A stretch of DNA of 64,000 nucleotides from Octopus sinensis. Taxonomy: Eukaryota. The notes under the pieces are model-generated. The model was not told the DNA's origin. It made no database searches and worked only from the letters and a program-made list of their open reading frames with translations. Made by a program: the position numbers and the translations under genes. Where the stretch lies: assembly GCF_006345805.1 (NCBI RefSeq), contig NC_042998.1:9176001-9240000 (forward strand), read 5' to 3'. Shown here piece after piece: positions 37,265-49,702 of the stretch (its first letter is position 1; each line of letters opens with the position of its first letter).

Positions 37265-38027
37265 TTAAGCAAATCCTGATGAATTCTTAAATGTTTAATC
37301 TTCTTCATTTATCAAAAGAACACAACTTACAAAAGTAAACAGAAAGAAAAAAAAAAAACTTGTAATGAAAAAATAAAACAGAAAAGAAAATGAAAACAAA
37401 ATCCTCATAATTACTATCATCATCATTTTAACATCCATTTTTCCCTGCTTGCATGAGTCAGACAGATTTCACTGAGGCCAAATTTCTAGACAGATGTCCT
37501 TCCCACTCACCACCCACTCACCTGTTTGCTAACAAGGGAATATTTCCCCATGACCAGACATATTTTCACAGAATATTGGAGATGAATGACGCTGCTTGTA
37601 TTTATTAATCTGGCCATCCACTTTGTGTCCATTGTGTAAAATGAGTCTGTACCTAGGCACATAAGTAATTTATATCTCAACAAGCTGCCTTCAGTAACTA
37701 TCATTGTCAGTTCTGAAGGGAGACGTAAGCAAAACGTGATGAAAAGATGTCAAGACACGGAGAAACAACCAGACACACAGATGCATGCACATACAGCTAT
37801 GCACACACACACACACACACACACACATGCACGTGCACACACAAAAATGTGCTTCTTTCAGTTTCTGTCGACCAAATCCATTCATAAAGCTTTGGTCAGT
37901 CTGGAGTTATAATAGAAGACACTTGCCCAAGGGGTCATGCATTGGAGCAGAACCCCAAATCATCCATGTAGTTAAGAAACAAACTTCTTTACTATACACA
38001 CACATGTCTGGACTATATAGCTTTTAA

Positions 38028-38193
38028 CCCTTTAGCATTCAAATTATTCTGTCAAATGTAATGCTTATTTATATATGTTGCTTGGAATTAATTGCTCGTT
38101 ATCTTATAGCTTTGAGAGGCAGGATCTAGCCAGGTTTAAACGTAAACAGGTAGAATATTGTGGCCAGATATGGCTAGTTTACATTCTAAAGGG
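38028..38193. mobile_element. piggyBac-type MITE family 2, internally deleted
   Basis: TTAA|CCCTTTAG ... CTAAAGGG|TTAA. Confidence 0.8.
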
Positions 38194-38209
38194 TTAAATT
38201 ACAGTAACT

Positions 38210-38757
38210 CTCTCTTTACTCTCTTTTACTCGTTTCAGTCAGTTGACTGTGGCCATGCTGGAGCACCGCCTTTAGTCGAGCAACTCAACCCCGCTACTTA
38301 TTCTTTGTAAGCCCAGTACTTATTCTATCAGTCTCTTTTGCCAAACCGCTAAGTGACGGGGACATAAACACACCAGCATCAGTTGTCAAGCAGTGTTGGG
38401 GGGACAAACACAGACACACAAACATACACGCACACATATATATATATATACTCTTTTACTCTTTTACTCTTTTACTTGTTTCAGTCATTTGACTGCGGCC
38501 ATGCTGGAGCACCGCCTTTAGTCGAGCAAATCGACCCCGGGACTTATTCTTTGTAAGCCCAGTACTTATTCTATCGGTCTCTTTTGCCGAACCGCTAAGT
38601 GACGACGGGCTTCTTTCAGTTTCCGTCTACCAAATCCACTCACAAGGCCTTGGTCGGCCCGGGGCTATAGCAGAAGACACTTGCCCAAGATGCCACGCAG
38701 TGGGACTGAACCCGGAACCATATGGTTGGTAAGCAAGCTACATACCACACAGCCACT
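38210..38757 (-). mobile_element. Two group A SINE pieces (3' half plus an internally deleted copy)
   Basis: Duplicated tail region; deletion junction gtgacg|acgggc. Confidence 0.8.
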
Positions 38758-38808
38758 TATTTAATTAATTACAAAAGGTAGATTAGTAGTGAATGAAAAG
38801 CATTTTAC

Positions 38809-39057
38809 CTTGTATTCCGTTTCATGACGTAGTTTCTCTAATTCTTTCTCTAAATTATTCACACAGTCCGTTTGGAATTTGATTGCATCGTTGCATTGTT
38901 TTTGAATCGAATTCAGCTTGGCAATTGAAGAATCACATCTCACAATACGAGCCTTCAGATCAGTCAAAGACTTGGCATGATGTATTTCTAATGATTTTAT
39001 GGCTTTATTACTTTCTGATAAGGCATAGTCTCGAGAGCCGATCTTTTTTTCCATCTT
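38809..39057 (-). CDS. FAM81: Internal exon (249 nt, phase 0-0) of a FAM81-family coiled-coil gene
   Basis: Acceptor ttgtag ends at 39058 and donor GTAAAA starts at 38808. Translation KMEKKIGSRDYALSESNKAIKSLEIHHAKSLTDLKARIVRCDSSIAKL aligns without gaps to my recollection of human FAM81A [48 protein letters not shown]. Recalled alignment, no search run. Confidence 0.85.
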
Positions 39058-39136
39058 CTACAAGTATATAAGTAAACAGGTTCAATGGTAAAGTTTCTAA
39101 CCAAAAATTTCTGAAAATACTATTTCTTAATTTTGG

Positions 39137-39462
39137 TTTAGTTAGTTAGTTAGTTAGTTAGTTAATTTTTGGGCTCAAAAAGCAAAAAGCAAGGCCATGT
39201 AGGGGGACATGGAGTTATGTACAGGGAGGGTGTTCATGCAAAGAGTTCAGGCCACTTGAGATCAAGGGAGACTTTGAACCGAGCGGTCGTCGGCATCTTC
39301 ACTATCTCGTCCAGCAGTTTATTCCACGGATCCGCAACCCGGATGGAGAAAGCCCTTCTCCTTCGATTGAGATGAAATCGTCGCAGATAGAGCTTTTCGG
39401 AATGACCCCACAGCCGATGCTCTGGAGCAGGAGTGAAGAACAGCTCTTTCAAGAGGTTACAC
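39137..39462 (-). mobile_element. CR1-clade LINE 3' end with (CTAA)n tail
   Basis: GHSEKLYLRRFHLNRRRRAFSIRVADPWNKL...FKVSLD, then a short UTR and (taac)n. Confidence 0.8.
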
Positions 39463-39784
39463 TTTCCGCTTATGATGTTTCATTTAAAATGCCACACAGT
39501 GGGACTGAATCCAAAACTATGTGGTTAGAGAGTAAACTTTCAAGCCTACCCCAACACATGCATACCTGTGCTAATGTATGTACATATCTATGTATATTCA
39601 ATGTTTGTTTTTTGTTTTTTGACTAGGCTCAAGGTCAACCAACTCATGTAAGGAAGGTCAAAACCAACAGAACCGGCAATTACGAATTCAGACAAATGAA
39701 AGATAAAGGTGACACTGGTGCTAGAAATGCAACAAACTCAGAAATAAACAAAACATAATTAAATACTCTAATTATAACTTATAT

Positions 39785-40095
39785 GTGGAGGCGCAATGGC
39801 CCAGGGCAGTGGACTCGCGGTCGGAGGATCGAAGTTTTGATTCCCAGACCGGGCGTTGCGTGTGTTTATTGAGGGAAAACACCTAGAAGCTCGACGAGGC
39901 TCCGGCAGGGGGCAGGGTCGACCCCTGTTGTACTCCTTCGCCCCAACTTTCTCTCACTCTCTCTTCCTGTTTCTTGAGTAACGCTGCGATGGACTGGCAT
40001 CCAGTCCAACTGGGGGGAACATATACACCACAGAAACCGGGAAACCGGGCCCATGAGCCTGGCTAGGCTTGGAAAGGGCACGTAAATAAAATAAA
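39785..40095 (+). mobile_element. tRNA-derived SINE group C (alternative tail)
   Basis: gtggaggcgcaatggcccag head; tail gggaaaccgggcccatgagcctggctaggc. Confidence 0.8.
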
Positions 40096-40787
40096 TGAAA
40101 ATTATAAATTATATAAGCACTCTTGGTTATGTTTGTTTCTACAGTCCTAATAATAGTTAATATTCTCTCAAAAGAGGGCAGTGCGCTGACAGAATTATTA
40201 GCATGCCAAGTAAAATTCTTAGTGGCATTTTGTCTGTCTCCACATTCTGAGTTCAAATTCCACCAAGGTCAACTTTGACTTTCATCCTTTCGAGGTTGAT
40301 AAAATATCTACCAGCTGAGCACTGGGATTAACATAATCAACAATCTCCTTCTCTAAAGCTGCTGGCCTTGTGCTGAAATTTGAAACCAATATTCTCTCAA
40401 AGGACTCAAAACAAAATTTCGTTATTTTTTTTTAAGAAATCTACAACAACCAGAAACAAATAATTAATAGGAAAAATCTAAATTTCAATGCTTTTGTTTC
40501 TTAAAAAAGGATTAATATGCACATTGTAACAATCAACACAATATAACAATACAAGAGATTTTTGTATGAAACACTGTTCCACGCCATTATTCCAAAGATC
40601 AAATAAAGTCAGCAGCAGAGTGTTATTTGTTTATTTATTTATTTCTTTGTCATTTATTGTTATTCTTTTCCATGTGACTGAGTGATAGCATGAAAGATAA
40701 AGGAAAAATAAATACTGATGAATAAAGTAATAAAACGTCCTCAAATATTCCACTGTTAGATGACGTGATCTTATTAGAATACGACTA

Positions 40788-41200
40788 TAGGCGCAGGAGT
40801 GGCTGTGTGGTAAGTAGCTTGCTAACCAGCCACATGGTTCTGAGTTCAGTCCCACTGCATGGCATCTTGGGCGAGTGCCTTCTGCTATAGCCCCGGGCCG
40901 ACCAATGCCTTGTGAGTGGATTTGGTAGACGGAAACTGAAAGAAGCCTGTCGTATATATGTATATATATATATGTGTGTGTGTGTTTGTGTGTCTGTGTT
41001 TGTCCCCCTAGCATTGCTTGACAACCGATGCTGATGTGTTTACGTCCCCGTCACTTAGCGGTTCGGCAAAAAGAGACCGATAGAATAAGTACTGGGCTTA
41101 CAAAGAATAAGTCCTGGGGTCGATTTGCTCGACTAAAGGCGGTGCTCCAGCATGGCCGCAGTCAAATGACTGAAACAAGTAAAAGAGTAAGAGTAAAAGA
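40788..41200 (+). mobile_element. tRNA-derived SINE group A, full length
   Basis: Head-to-tail match. Confidence 0.85.
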
Positions 41201-42266
41201 GATAAAAGAGCAATCAGTTTTAAAACTTCTGCAACTCTACATTTATTAGTACCCTCCCACCCCACACCCACATGCATATACATCAGGGTGATGCAAAATA
41301 ACTTATCATTTCAAAAACTTGAAGACACCCGCTAATTTTATTTGATTTAGTGCAAAAACTCAACATGCAAAATTTCAGCACAATTGAAGAAATTTTAGAG
41401 GTTGCTACCATCGACTGAATATTTTGTATATTGTTATTTCTCAGTTTGTACATTCTCTGTCTCCTTGACATCTTCAACTGTCCCTGACATACAACTGTTT
41501 AAGAGATTTAAAGCAAGGTGGGTGGAAATTAACAAGAACAATTACCAAACAGCAACAGATGACCCTAACATTGCAGAGGAAATCTCAGATGCTGAAGAAA
41601 TCATTCAATTTGCTCAAGCAGCCTCATGAAGACTGCAAGGAATTGCTCAAGCTAATGCTCATTTCCTTCAGTAGAAACCCCCAAGTCAGGAATCAGCTTT
41701 AAAGCACCTGGGGCTTATCACGGAGCACGGTGGATGACGATGCTAATTTACTGCATTAAAATTTGGATGTTTAGATCTCAGTTTAAACTAACTGAGAGAG
41801 AGGGAAAAGGACTGAGAGATGTTTGCTGTTTGTCAGCTGTGATATACATCAGATCATGGTACCTAGCATCCATAAGCTCATGTGCCCCCCCACCCCCCAT
41901 TCAGATTTGCATTTTGTGCAAAGTCTGCAGCTCTACAAGTAAAAGGATGACAAAATTTCAAGTGCTGAACTCAATAAGTTTTTCAGACATTTGTGGTACC
42001 CCTGCATTTTTTGATTCAGATGTTTTGCATGAGACAAAAAACCAAAGTAAGCATGATCTGCAGAAACCGGTTGACTCAAAACTGAATAAACAAACAAGCA
42101 TCAATAAATCTTGAATCAGCCGGCCAGAAACAACTGCAGGATTTCATCACTGCCAACACAAAAAGATTCTTTGAAATCCTGGAGGGGCCTTGCACTTTTC
42201 TTGAAAAAGATGCTGAAGAATGGAATGATGATGAAAGTTACACAAATGCAAGAGATTTTGCATATG

Positions 42267-42497
42267 TGTTTCTTTATTACCCACAAGGGGCTAAACACAG
42301 AGAGGACAAACAAGGACAGACATAGGTATTAAGTCGATTACATCGACCCCAGTGCGTAACTGGTACTTAATTTATCGACCCCGAAAGGATGAAAGGCAAA
42401 GTCGACCTCGGCGGAATTTGAACTCAGAACATAGCAGCAGATGAAATACCGCCAAGCATTTCGCCCGGCGTGCTAACGTTTCTGCCTGCTCGCCGCC
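42267..42497 (-). mobile_element. Group B SINE with 11-bp TSD inside the transposase remnant
   Basis: ttttgcatatg on both sides. Confidence 0.85.
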
Positions 42498-42757
42498 TTT
42501 TTGCATATGAACTCAAAGTGGTAAATGACATTGTGGAAAGGGGTGTACGACTGATGGAGGAATACAACAAACTGATAACCACAATGATGAAGAGCAGAAA
42601 CAATAGCTTCTCCAAATTGTTAAAAGTTACAGGTCGTCACTCTCAAACAAAAACAAGAAAACATTACTCTTGCTTCACAAAAAAACAAAAATAAACTTAG
42701 ATACATGGTTACGATGTGTCTACTGGAGAAGCTTCCACAGAAAAAAAAAGTTAATGA

Positions 42758-43167
42758 TAGGCGCAGGAGTGGCTGTGTGGTAAGTAGCTTGCTAACCAAC
42801 CACATGGTTCCGGGTTCAGTCCCATTGCATGGCATCTTGGGCAAGTGTCTTCTGCTATAGCCCCGGGCCAACCAATGCCTTGTGAGTGGATTTGGTAGAC
42901 GGAAACTGAAAGAAGCCTGTCGTATATATGTATTTTTATATATGTGTGTATATGTGTTTGTGTGTCTGTGTTTGTCCCCCTAGCATTGCTTGACAACCGA
43001 TGCTGGTGTGTTTACGTCCCCGTCACTTAGCGGTTTGGCAAAAGAGACCGATAGAATAAGTACTGGGCTTACAAAGAATAAGTCCCGGGGTCGATTTGCT
43101 CGACTAAAGGCGGTGCTCCAGCATGGCCGCAGTCAAATGACTGAAATAAGTAAAAGAGTAAAGAGCT
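42758..43167 (+). mobile_element. tRNA-derived SINE group A
   Basis: Head-to-tail match. Confidence 0.85.
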
Positions 43168-43454
43168 ATACGCTGCACCTCACTTCGTACTATAGCCTAG
43201 AATGTCATGGATTTCTTTCAAACTAGGTTAACTAGGTACATATCAAGCCGGTTCCAGCAAAAATATCAACAAAATATTTTTGAGCACAAACTGATATACA
43301 TTTATTTTTAAAGCTTGGCAGCAAACCTCTAATTTTCACTTTTTCAACCCCAAATTTTGCATACAAAGCTTTCTTAGGAATATGAATAAATTAGGAGGGT
43401 GTTTCCCTGAAAACTGAAAAAAAATTTTTTTGACCCCGTTTTTGCATCACCCTA

Positions 43455-43830
43455 ATCATCATCATCATTTAGCGTCCGTTTTCCATGCTAGCATGGGTTG
43501 GACGGTTCAACTGGGGTCTGTGAAGCCAGAAGGCTGCATCAGGCCCAGTCTGATCTGGCAGTGTTTCTACGGCTGGATGCCCTTCCTAACGTCAACCACT
43601 CCGTGAGTGTAGTGGGTGCTTTTTACGTGCCACCTGTACAGGTGCCAGACGGAGCTGGCAAACGGCCACGGACGGATGGTGCTTTTTACGTGCCACTGGC
43701 ACGGAGGCCAGGCGAGGCTGGCAACGGCCACGAACGGATGGTGCTTTTATGTGCCACTGGCACGGAGGCCAGTCGGGGCGGTGCTGGCAACGGCCACGAA
43801 CGGATGGTGCTTTTTACATGCCACCGGCAC
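43455..43830 (-). mobile_element. RTE LINE 3'UTR fragment
   Basis: (cat)n tail, ggatgcccttcc motif and sub-repeats. Confidence 0.75.
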
Positions 43831-44415
43831 ATATACATATATATATATAGTGCCAGCAGAAAAAAAAGTACCCAGTACATCACACTGTGAAGGGGTTGGT
43901 GTTAAGAAGGGCATCCAGCCATAGAAAGCATGCCAAGGCTAACATGGAGTACAATGCAGCCATGTGACTCACTGGATCCTGTGAAAATGTCCAACCCATT
44001 GCAGCATGGAAAACAGACATTAAATGATGATGATGACAATACAACAACGACGATGATGATGATGATGAGGAGGAGGAGGAGGAGGAGGAGGAGAGTTGTC
44101 ACCAACAGAGACTTTCGTTTCATATAAATATAATTTAGGACAGATCTGCTGTTAGAGAATATTCACCATGAGTAGGCTATAAGTAATACAGTAGCAAACA
44201 ATTGCTTAGATCTTGAGCAAAGTAAACTTCTTGTTCTGTTGATCCATCTCATGTCACATCCACTTGAGACTCCAGCTTTTTGCCACAATGTCCCCAAAAT
44301 TCACAAACCACTTAAAGCAGTGTTCTAGATCTCACAACTACCCGCAATATACCACAACCTAAATTACAACTTCAATTAAAACAGAATGTGTGTTTGTGTG
44401 AGTGTGTGCATGCAT

Positions 44416-44450
<35 letters not shown>

Positions 44451-44488
44451 TATAAATGCTGACTGCTCCTTCTTGTCATAAGAATACC

Positions 44489-44718
44489 GATTTCTTTACT
44501 ACCCACAAGGGGCTAAACACAGAGAGGACAAACAAGGACAGACAAAGGGGTTAAGTCGATTACATCGACCCCAGTGCGAAACTGGTACTTAATTTATCGA
44601 CCCCGAAAGGATGAGAGACAAAGTCGACCTCGGCGGAATTTGAACTCAGAACGTAACGGCAGACGAAATACGGCAACGCATTTCGCCCGTCGTGCTAACG
44701 GTTCTGCCAGCTCGCCGC
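44489..44718 (-). mobile_element. Group B SINE with 17-bp TSD
   Basis: cttgtcataagaatacc at 44472-44488 and 44719-44735. Confidence 0.9.
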
Positions 44719-45859
44719 CTTGTCATAAGAATACCATCCCTTCATCATTATCATATACAGTTCTTAAGCCAAATGACTGTCTACTCTTGCATGATTTCTT
44801 CAAAGTTGTTTTATAAAATTCTTCATTAATTGATTTAAAGGCAGCATATTTCAACAAAAACATAATTAAAAAAAGAGTTAGTATATTAGAAACTGGAAGT
44901 ACCAATCCTAGCAATGAACAGCAGAATTCTTAGAATGTCAGACAGGATGCTTTGTTTCTGTTCTGGCTGTGTTCTGACCAACAATGTTCGTGACCACAAT
45001 GGTGCCAAACTGTATTAGTATTGTCTTTCCTTTGCACAATATCACTGTTGTGGAGAGGAGTGACTTGCACTCGTAGGCAATAGTTGGTCTACCCAATCCC
45101 ATTGGATCTTGGAGAGGAACTTCCAAGGTGCAGACACACAAACTGGCTGTGAAACACGACAAAGGTCATTAACATTTGAGACACGACTACAACACAATAC
45201 AGTCACATACAAGTCTGTAAAACTACAATCTTTCTGTCTGGTCCAAATAGCTGCAAAACAAACTGAATAGCTTAATAACACAGACCCACGTGACAGGAAA
45301 CAAAATAATAAATAACACTTGGTTTTATATATACGTCAAGTGTTTAGCCTACTTGCTCCAGTCAATCATAGCTACTTCACAGATGACATGTTAGTGTTAG
45401 GGTGAACATAAAATTGCAACAACATATATTTTTGGAACACTAAAATTCAATAGAGCATGGAAATTGAGCATATAAAACTGCAATGCATAAATCTATAGGT
45501 GTGTATTGTTGCTTTTTTTTTTTATGTGAAGAGAGAGGGTGATAAAGAGTGGGAGTGGAGTTTAAAAGAAGAAAGAGAAAATAAAGAGGAAAAAACCTTT
45601 AAAAATGGAAAGAGAAATTATTTGGACTGATTTGAAAAAAACTATTTTAAATATTTTTGTTAACATATAGGCACAGGCGTGACTGAGTGAAGAAGCTTGC
45701 TTCCCAACCACATGGTTCCGGGTTTAGTCCAAATGTGTGGCACCTTGGGCAAGTGTCTTCTACTATAGCCTTGGGTTGACTAAAGCCTTGTGAGTGGATT
45801 CGGTAGACAGAAACTGAAAGAAGCACATCATAAATACATATATCATCAAAATCATTATC

Positions 45860-47465
45860 GTTGTTGTTTAACGTCCACTTTCCATGCTGGCATGGGTTGG
45901 ATAGTCTGACTGAGGACTGGCGAACCAGATGGCTGCACCAGGCTCCAATCTGATCTGGCCAGGTTTCTACAACTGGATGCCCTTCCTAATGCCAACCACT
46001 CCAAGAGTGTAGTTGGTGCTTTTTATGTGCCACCAGCATGTGAGCCAGTCAGGCGGCATTCACAACAACCATGCTCGAATGGTGCTTTTTACATGCCACT
46101 GGCATTGGCCATGACAATGACTTCACTTGACTCAACAGGTCTTTGCAAGTGAAGTTTATTGCCCAATGATTGAAGGGTACTCTTAAATGGGCCGGTTATG
46201 CTGCACTGGCATAAGCCACAGTTATGGTCTCACTTGGCTTACCAAGTGTTCTCAAGCACAGCATATCTCCAAAGGTCTCAGTCACTCATCATCGCCTCCA
46301 TGAGGCCCAACATTCGAAGGTCATGCTTCATCATCCTACTCTGTGACTTTCATTACCTGATCCAACAACTTGATACCTCTGTAATTATTCGTATCTAATG
46401 CATCACCTTTACCTTTGTAGCAACCTTTCATAGTAGCACCTCCAAGTCTCTCTCTTAAATGCAAGTGAGCCATCATCCATGTGGACACATTTCTCTCCTA
46501 TGACATCATGATTCTCTCTCACACACTGTCTTGCAACACAAAACATTTCAAGTCTTTGATCCTCACAACACAGAACATTGGCAAATTTTTTCTTATCTGC
46601 TTCCCCTCTGGCTAAGTAAACCTGTCTTCTAACTTCCCTTCTGGCAATCTGATGAAGTTCCCTGCTACCACCATTCTTCCAGTCCTTCCATTCTTGTTTC
46701 TTTCCCTTAATGACCCTGTCAACTACATTGTTCCACCACCATGTTACCTTGGGTCAAGAGGGGACTTTGCACCATCTGGTCAGTAGCCCTCAACAGGTTG
46801 TCCAATAGGAACCTCCAGCTGTCTTCCACAGTATGTTTTGCTATATCCTTCTGTATTTTGTCAAAAGCTTCGAGTAATATGTCTCTAAATCTCTGTCCAT
46901 CCACAGGATTCTTAAGATTCCAGACCCTTCTTTTCCATGCTGGTTGTCATCCGGGCATCCATTTAGCTCTGCTCCCAAAGTCGCTAACTACTAATCTATG
47001 TTGTGGGGGTGCATTCTTCACCTGGGAAGATTTTGGCATTTACAAGTAGCCATCTTTCCCATTTCCTGGTGAGGATGTAGTGAATTTGACTATTGTGTCC
47101 GCCAGACCTGTAGGTGAATAGGTGACTGGCAGGTTTTCTGAAGTTAATATTACAAACTATAAGATCATTTGCATTGCAGGACTCCAGCAGCCTGGTTCCC
47201 TCCTCCTTGCAGGAACCAAAACCATAGCCAACGTGTATGCCATGGAAGCCCCCTGCATGTTTTCCAACATGCCCATTCAAGTTACCAACAACAAAGAGAA
47301 GGTCCCTGTCATTCGTCAATGAGGTAGTCTGCAAGAGGGTATCATAAAATCAGTCCTTCTGTCCATTAGGTAGCCCTGGCTGATGAGCATAAGCTGAGAT
47401 AATGGTTGCTAATCCATGTTGCATCACTAATCTAAGCTTAAGTATTCTATCACAGACTCTGACTA
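45860..47465 (-). mobile_element. RTE-clade LINE with AP-endonuclease, linker, deleted RT core, ORF2 C-terminus and 3'UTR
   Basis: IISAYAHQ, GNLNGHVG, GFGSCKEEGTRLL, TYRSG..SQIHYIL, WWNNVVD and YKGKGDALDTNNYRGIKLLDQVMKVTE, fused directly to KHDLRMLGLMEAMMS*DLWRYAVLE, then the UTR with ggatgcccttcc. Confidence 0.85.
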
Positions 47466-47467
47466 CC

Positions 47468-47840
47468 TGACATGGCAGTGTGGAGATAAACTTGCTTCCC
47501 AACCTAATGGATCTGGGTTCAGTCCCACTGCATGGAACTCTGAGCAAGTATCTTCTACTATAACCTTGGGCCAACCAAAACCTTGTGAATGGATTTGATA
47601 GATGGAAACTGAAAGAAGCCCATCATGTATGTGTGTGAGTGTGTGTGTGTATTTGTCCTCCACTACCACTTGATAACCAGTGTTGGTATTCTTATGTGCC
47701 TGTAACTTAGCACTTCAACATAGAATAATTAGCAGACTTGAGAAAAAACCAAAAAAATAAGTACCGGAGTCAGCTAAAAATTCTTCAAGGTCATGCCCCA
47801 GCATGGCTACAGTTTAATGACTGGTACAAGTAAAAGATAA
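47468..47840 (+). mobile_element. Group A SINE, decayed
   Basis: gggttcagtcccactgcatgg...ggaaactgaaagaagccc. Confidence 0.65.
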
Positions 47841-48483
47841 AAGGTGTGCCACAACTCTTTATGTTCTGAATTCAAATTTGACTTTAGATAGAAAACTCAA
47901 AAGGGCAGAATAAGCCATCAAGGTCAACTGTGTCCTTACTCCTTCAGAGGTTAATTAAATAAAGGACCATGTACAAGGATCAATAACAGCTGCTTTTCTC
48001 CAAATTTGAGGCTTTCTACCCAATATAAGGAATCAATAACTAAATTCTATATATTTTCACTATGATTGCCAACAACAATGAAATTGCTAAATTTATTCTA
48101 GTTTATCATTAGTTAAATCCTAATTCAAGCTACAAGTTTAATCAGAACACAAGAAAAGTGCTACATACATAGTTGCTATCTAGAAAGCTCTGCCATGCGT
48201 CCTTCGTGTCAGAGATGAATTGATCAGATATAGAAGCCTACAACTTGAACTGCTTGGCAAATAAAATATCAAATAACTACAAGTGTCAGGCTAATATTAT
48301 ACTAAAGTAAAAGATATATATATATAAATTATAAACAATCTAATGAGTAATCAGCTTCAATCTAGAATTACAATTGACTGCCTTATAGTCTATTCTCACA
48401 CAACAACTGATAAATTATATCAGAACACTAGCTTACTCTTCTTCAAGAAACAATCACTTACATGCTTAAGACAAATATATATA

Positions 48484-49339
48484 CATGGTCTGATGAGTAA
48501 GTATCTAGACTGTTGCCATGGTAACAAAGCTAAAGCATGCAGACTGAAGTCGCTTGGCACAGATTGACCTTCAACTCGGTTGTGCATGTGCATTAAGTTT
48601 TAATGTTCTTGTTCCCTTCCGCTGTTTACAGCAGTGCTTGGAAGGAAGGTGTGTAGGGTGTGTTCATAACACTGAACATGACAGAAAGTTGAGCGGAGAA
48701 TCTGCATCAAATTTTGTCAAAAGCTTGGCAATACCTGTTCAGAGGCCTGTGCAAAGTTTGCGAAAAGTTTTCATTGTTCTTGACACAATCAAGGAGATTT
48801 TGTGCAGCTGAAACCCGAGTGTCTTTTTGGTCAGCTAAAAGCAGATTTGGCACAAACTTGGCAGACATGAATCTCATACCTAAATCTTCAGTGATAATGG
48901 ACTGAACTGAACTGTAACTAATCTGCAAATCCTCTGATAACTCATGAATGGTAATTTGACAATCTCCTTTCACAGCTGCAAGCAAATCTGCAATGTTTTT
49001 TTCAGTTCTGTTGGTTGCGGGCCACCCAGACCGTTTTTCACTTTTGACATTTTTATGGCCATCTTGGAAACATCTGAACCACTCGTACACTTGTTTGTGA
49101 CTCATACACTCTTCACCATACACTTTCTGCAAGTTTGCATAGGCCTCTGAGCAGGTATCACCATGACAACTTTCATGTTACTTCGAAGCACTGATGTAAA
49201 CAACAGAAGTGAGCTAGAATGTTAAAACTTAGTGCACATGCACAGCAGAGGTTAAGGTCAATCTGTGCCAAGCTGCTTCCATCAGCATGCTTTAACTTCA
49301 TTATTATGGCAACTGTCTAGATACTTATTGATCAGACTT

Positions 49340-49342
<3 letters not shown>
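48484..49342 (-). mobile_element. Mariner derivative with inverted 5' ends and an N-terminal transposase remnant
   Basis: MQKVYGEECMSHKQVYEWF...RSGWP...GMRFMSAKFVP (helix-turn-helix region and WVPHEL-like linker); long inverted termini gtctgat..taagtatctagac. Confidence 0.85.
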
Positions 49343-49374
<32 letters not shown>

Positions 49375-49680
49375 GTGGAGGCGCAATGGCCCAGTGGTTA
49401 GGGCAGCGGACTCGTGGTCGTAGGATCGCGGTTTCGATTCCCAGACCGGGCGTTGTGAGTGTTTATTGAGCGAAAACACCTAGAAGCTCCATGAGGCTCT
49501 GGCAGGGGGTGGTGATCCCTGCTGTACTCTTTCGCCACAACTTTCTCTCATTCTTTCTTCTGTTGGCCTGCTCGCTTAGCCAGTGGGGTGGCGTCATTCG
49601 AAGGCTAAAACAATGCGAACGCATTGTGACCAGCGATGTGTAACTACATCTGATGGACTGGTCGGTCACGTGATCATGTG
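49375..49680 (+). mobile_element. tRNA-derived SINE group C (third tail type)
   Basis: Same head and core as 22768; tail ggtggcgtcattcgaaggc...cacgtgatcatgtgat. Confidence 0.8.
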
Positions 49681-49702
49681 ATATATATATATATATATAT
49701 GA

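Larger units (their letters stand above)
41284..43454 (+). mobile_element. Internally deleted DNA transposon (hAT superfamily, possibly hATm-like) with transposase remnant and two SINE insertions
   Basis: TIRs cagggtgatgcaaaa / ttttgcatcacccta; remnants ELLKL, GISFKAPGAYHGARWM..IY.IKIWMFRSQF and LKVVNDIVERGVRLMEEYN. Family assignment is inference. Confidence 0.65.
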
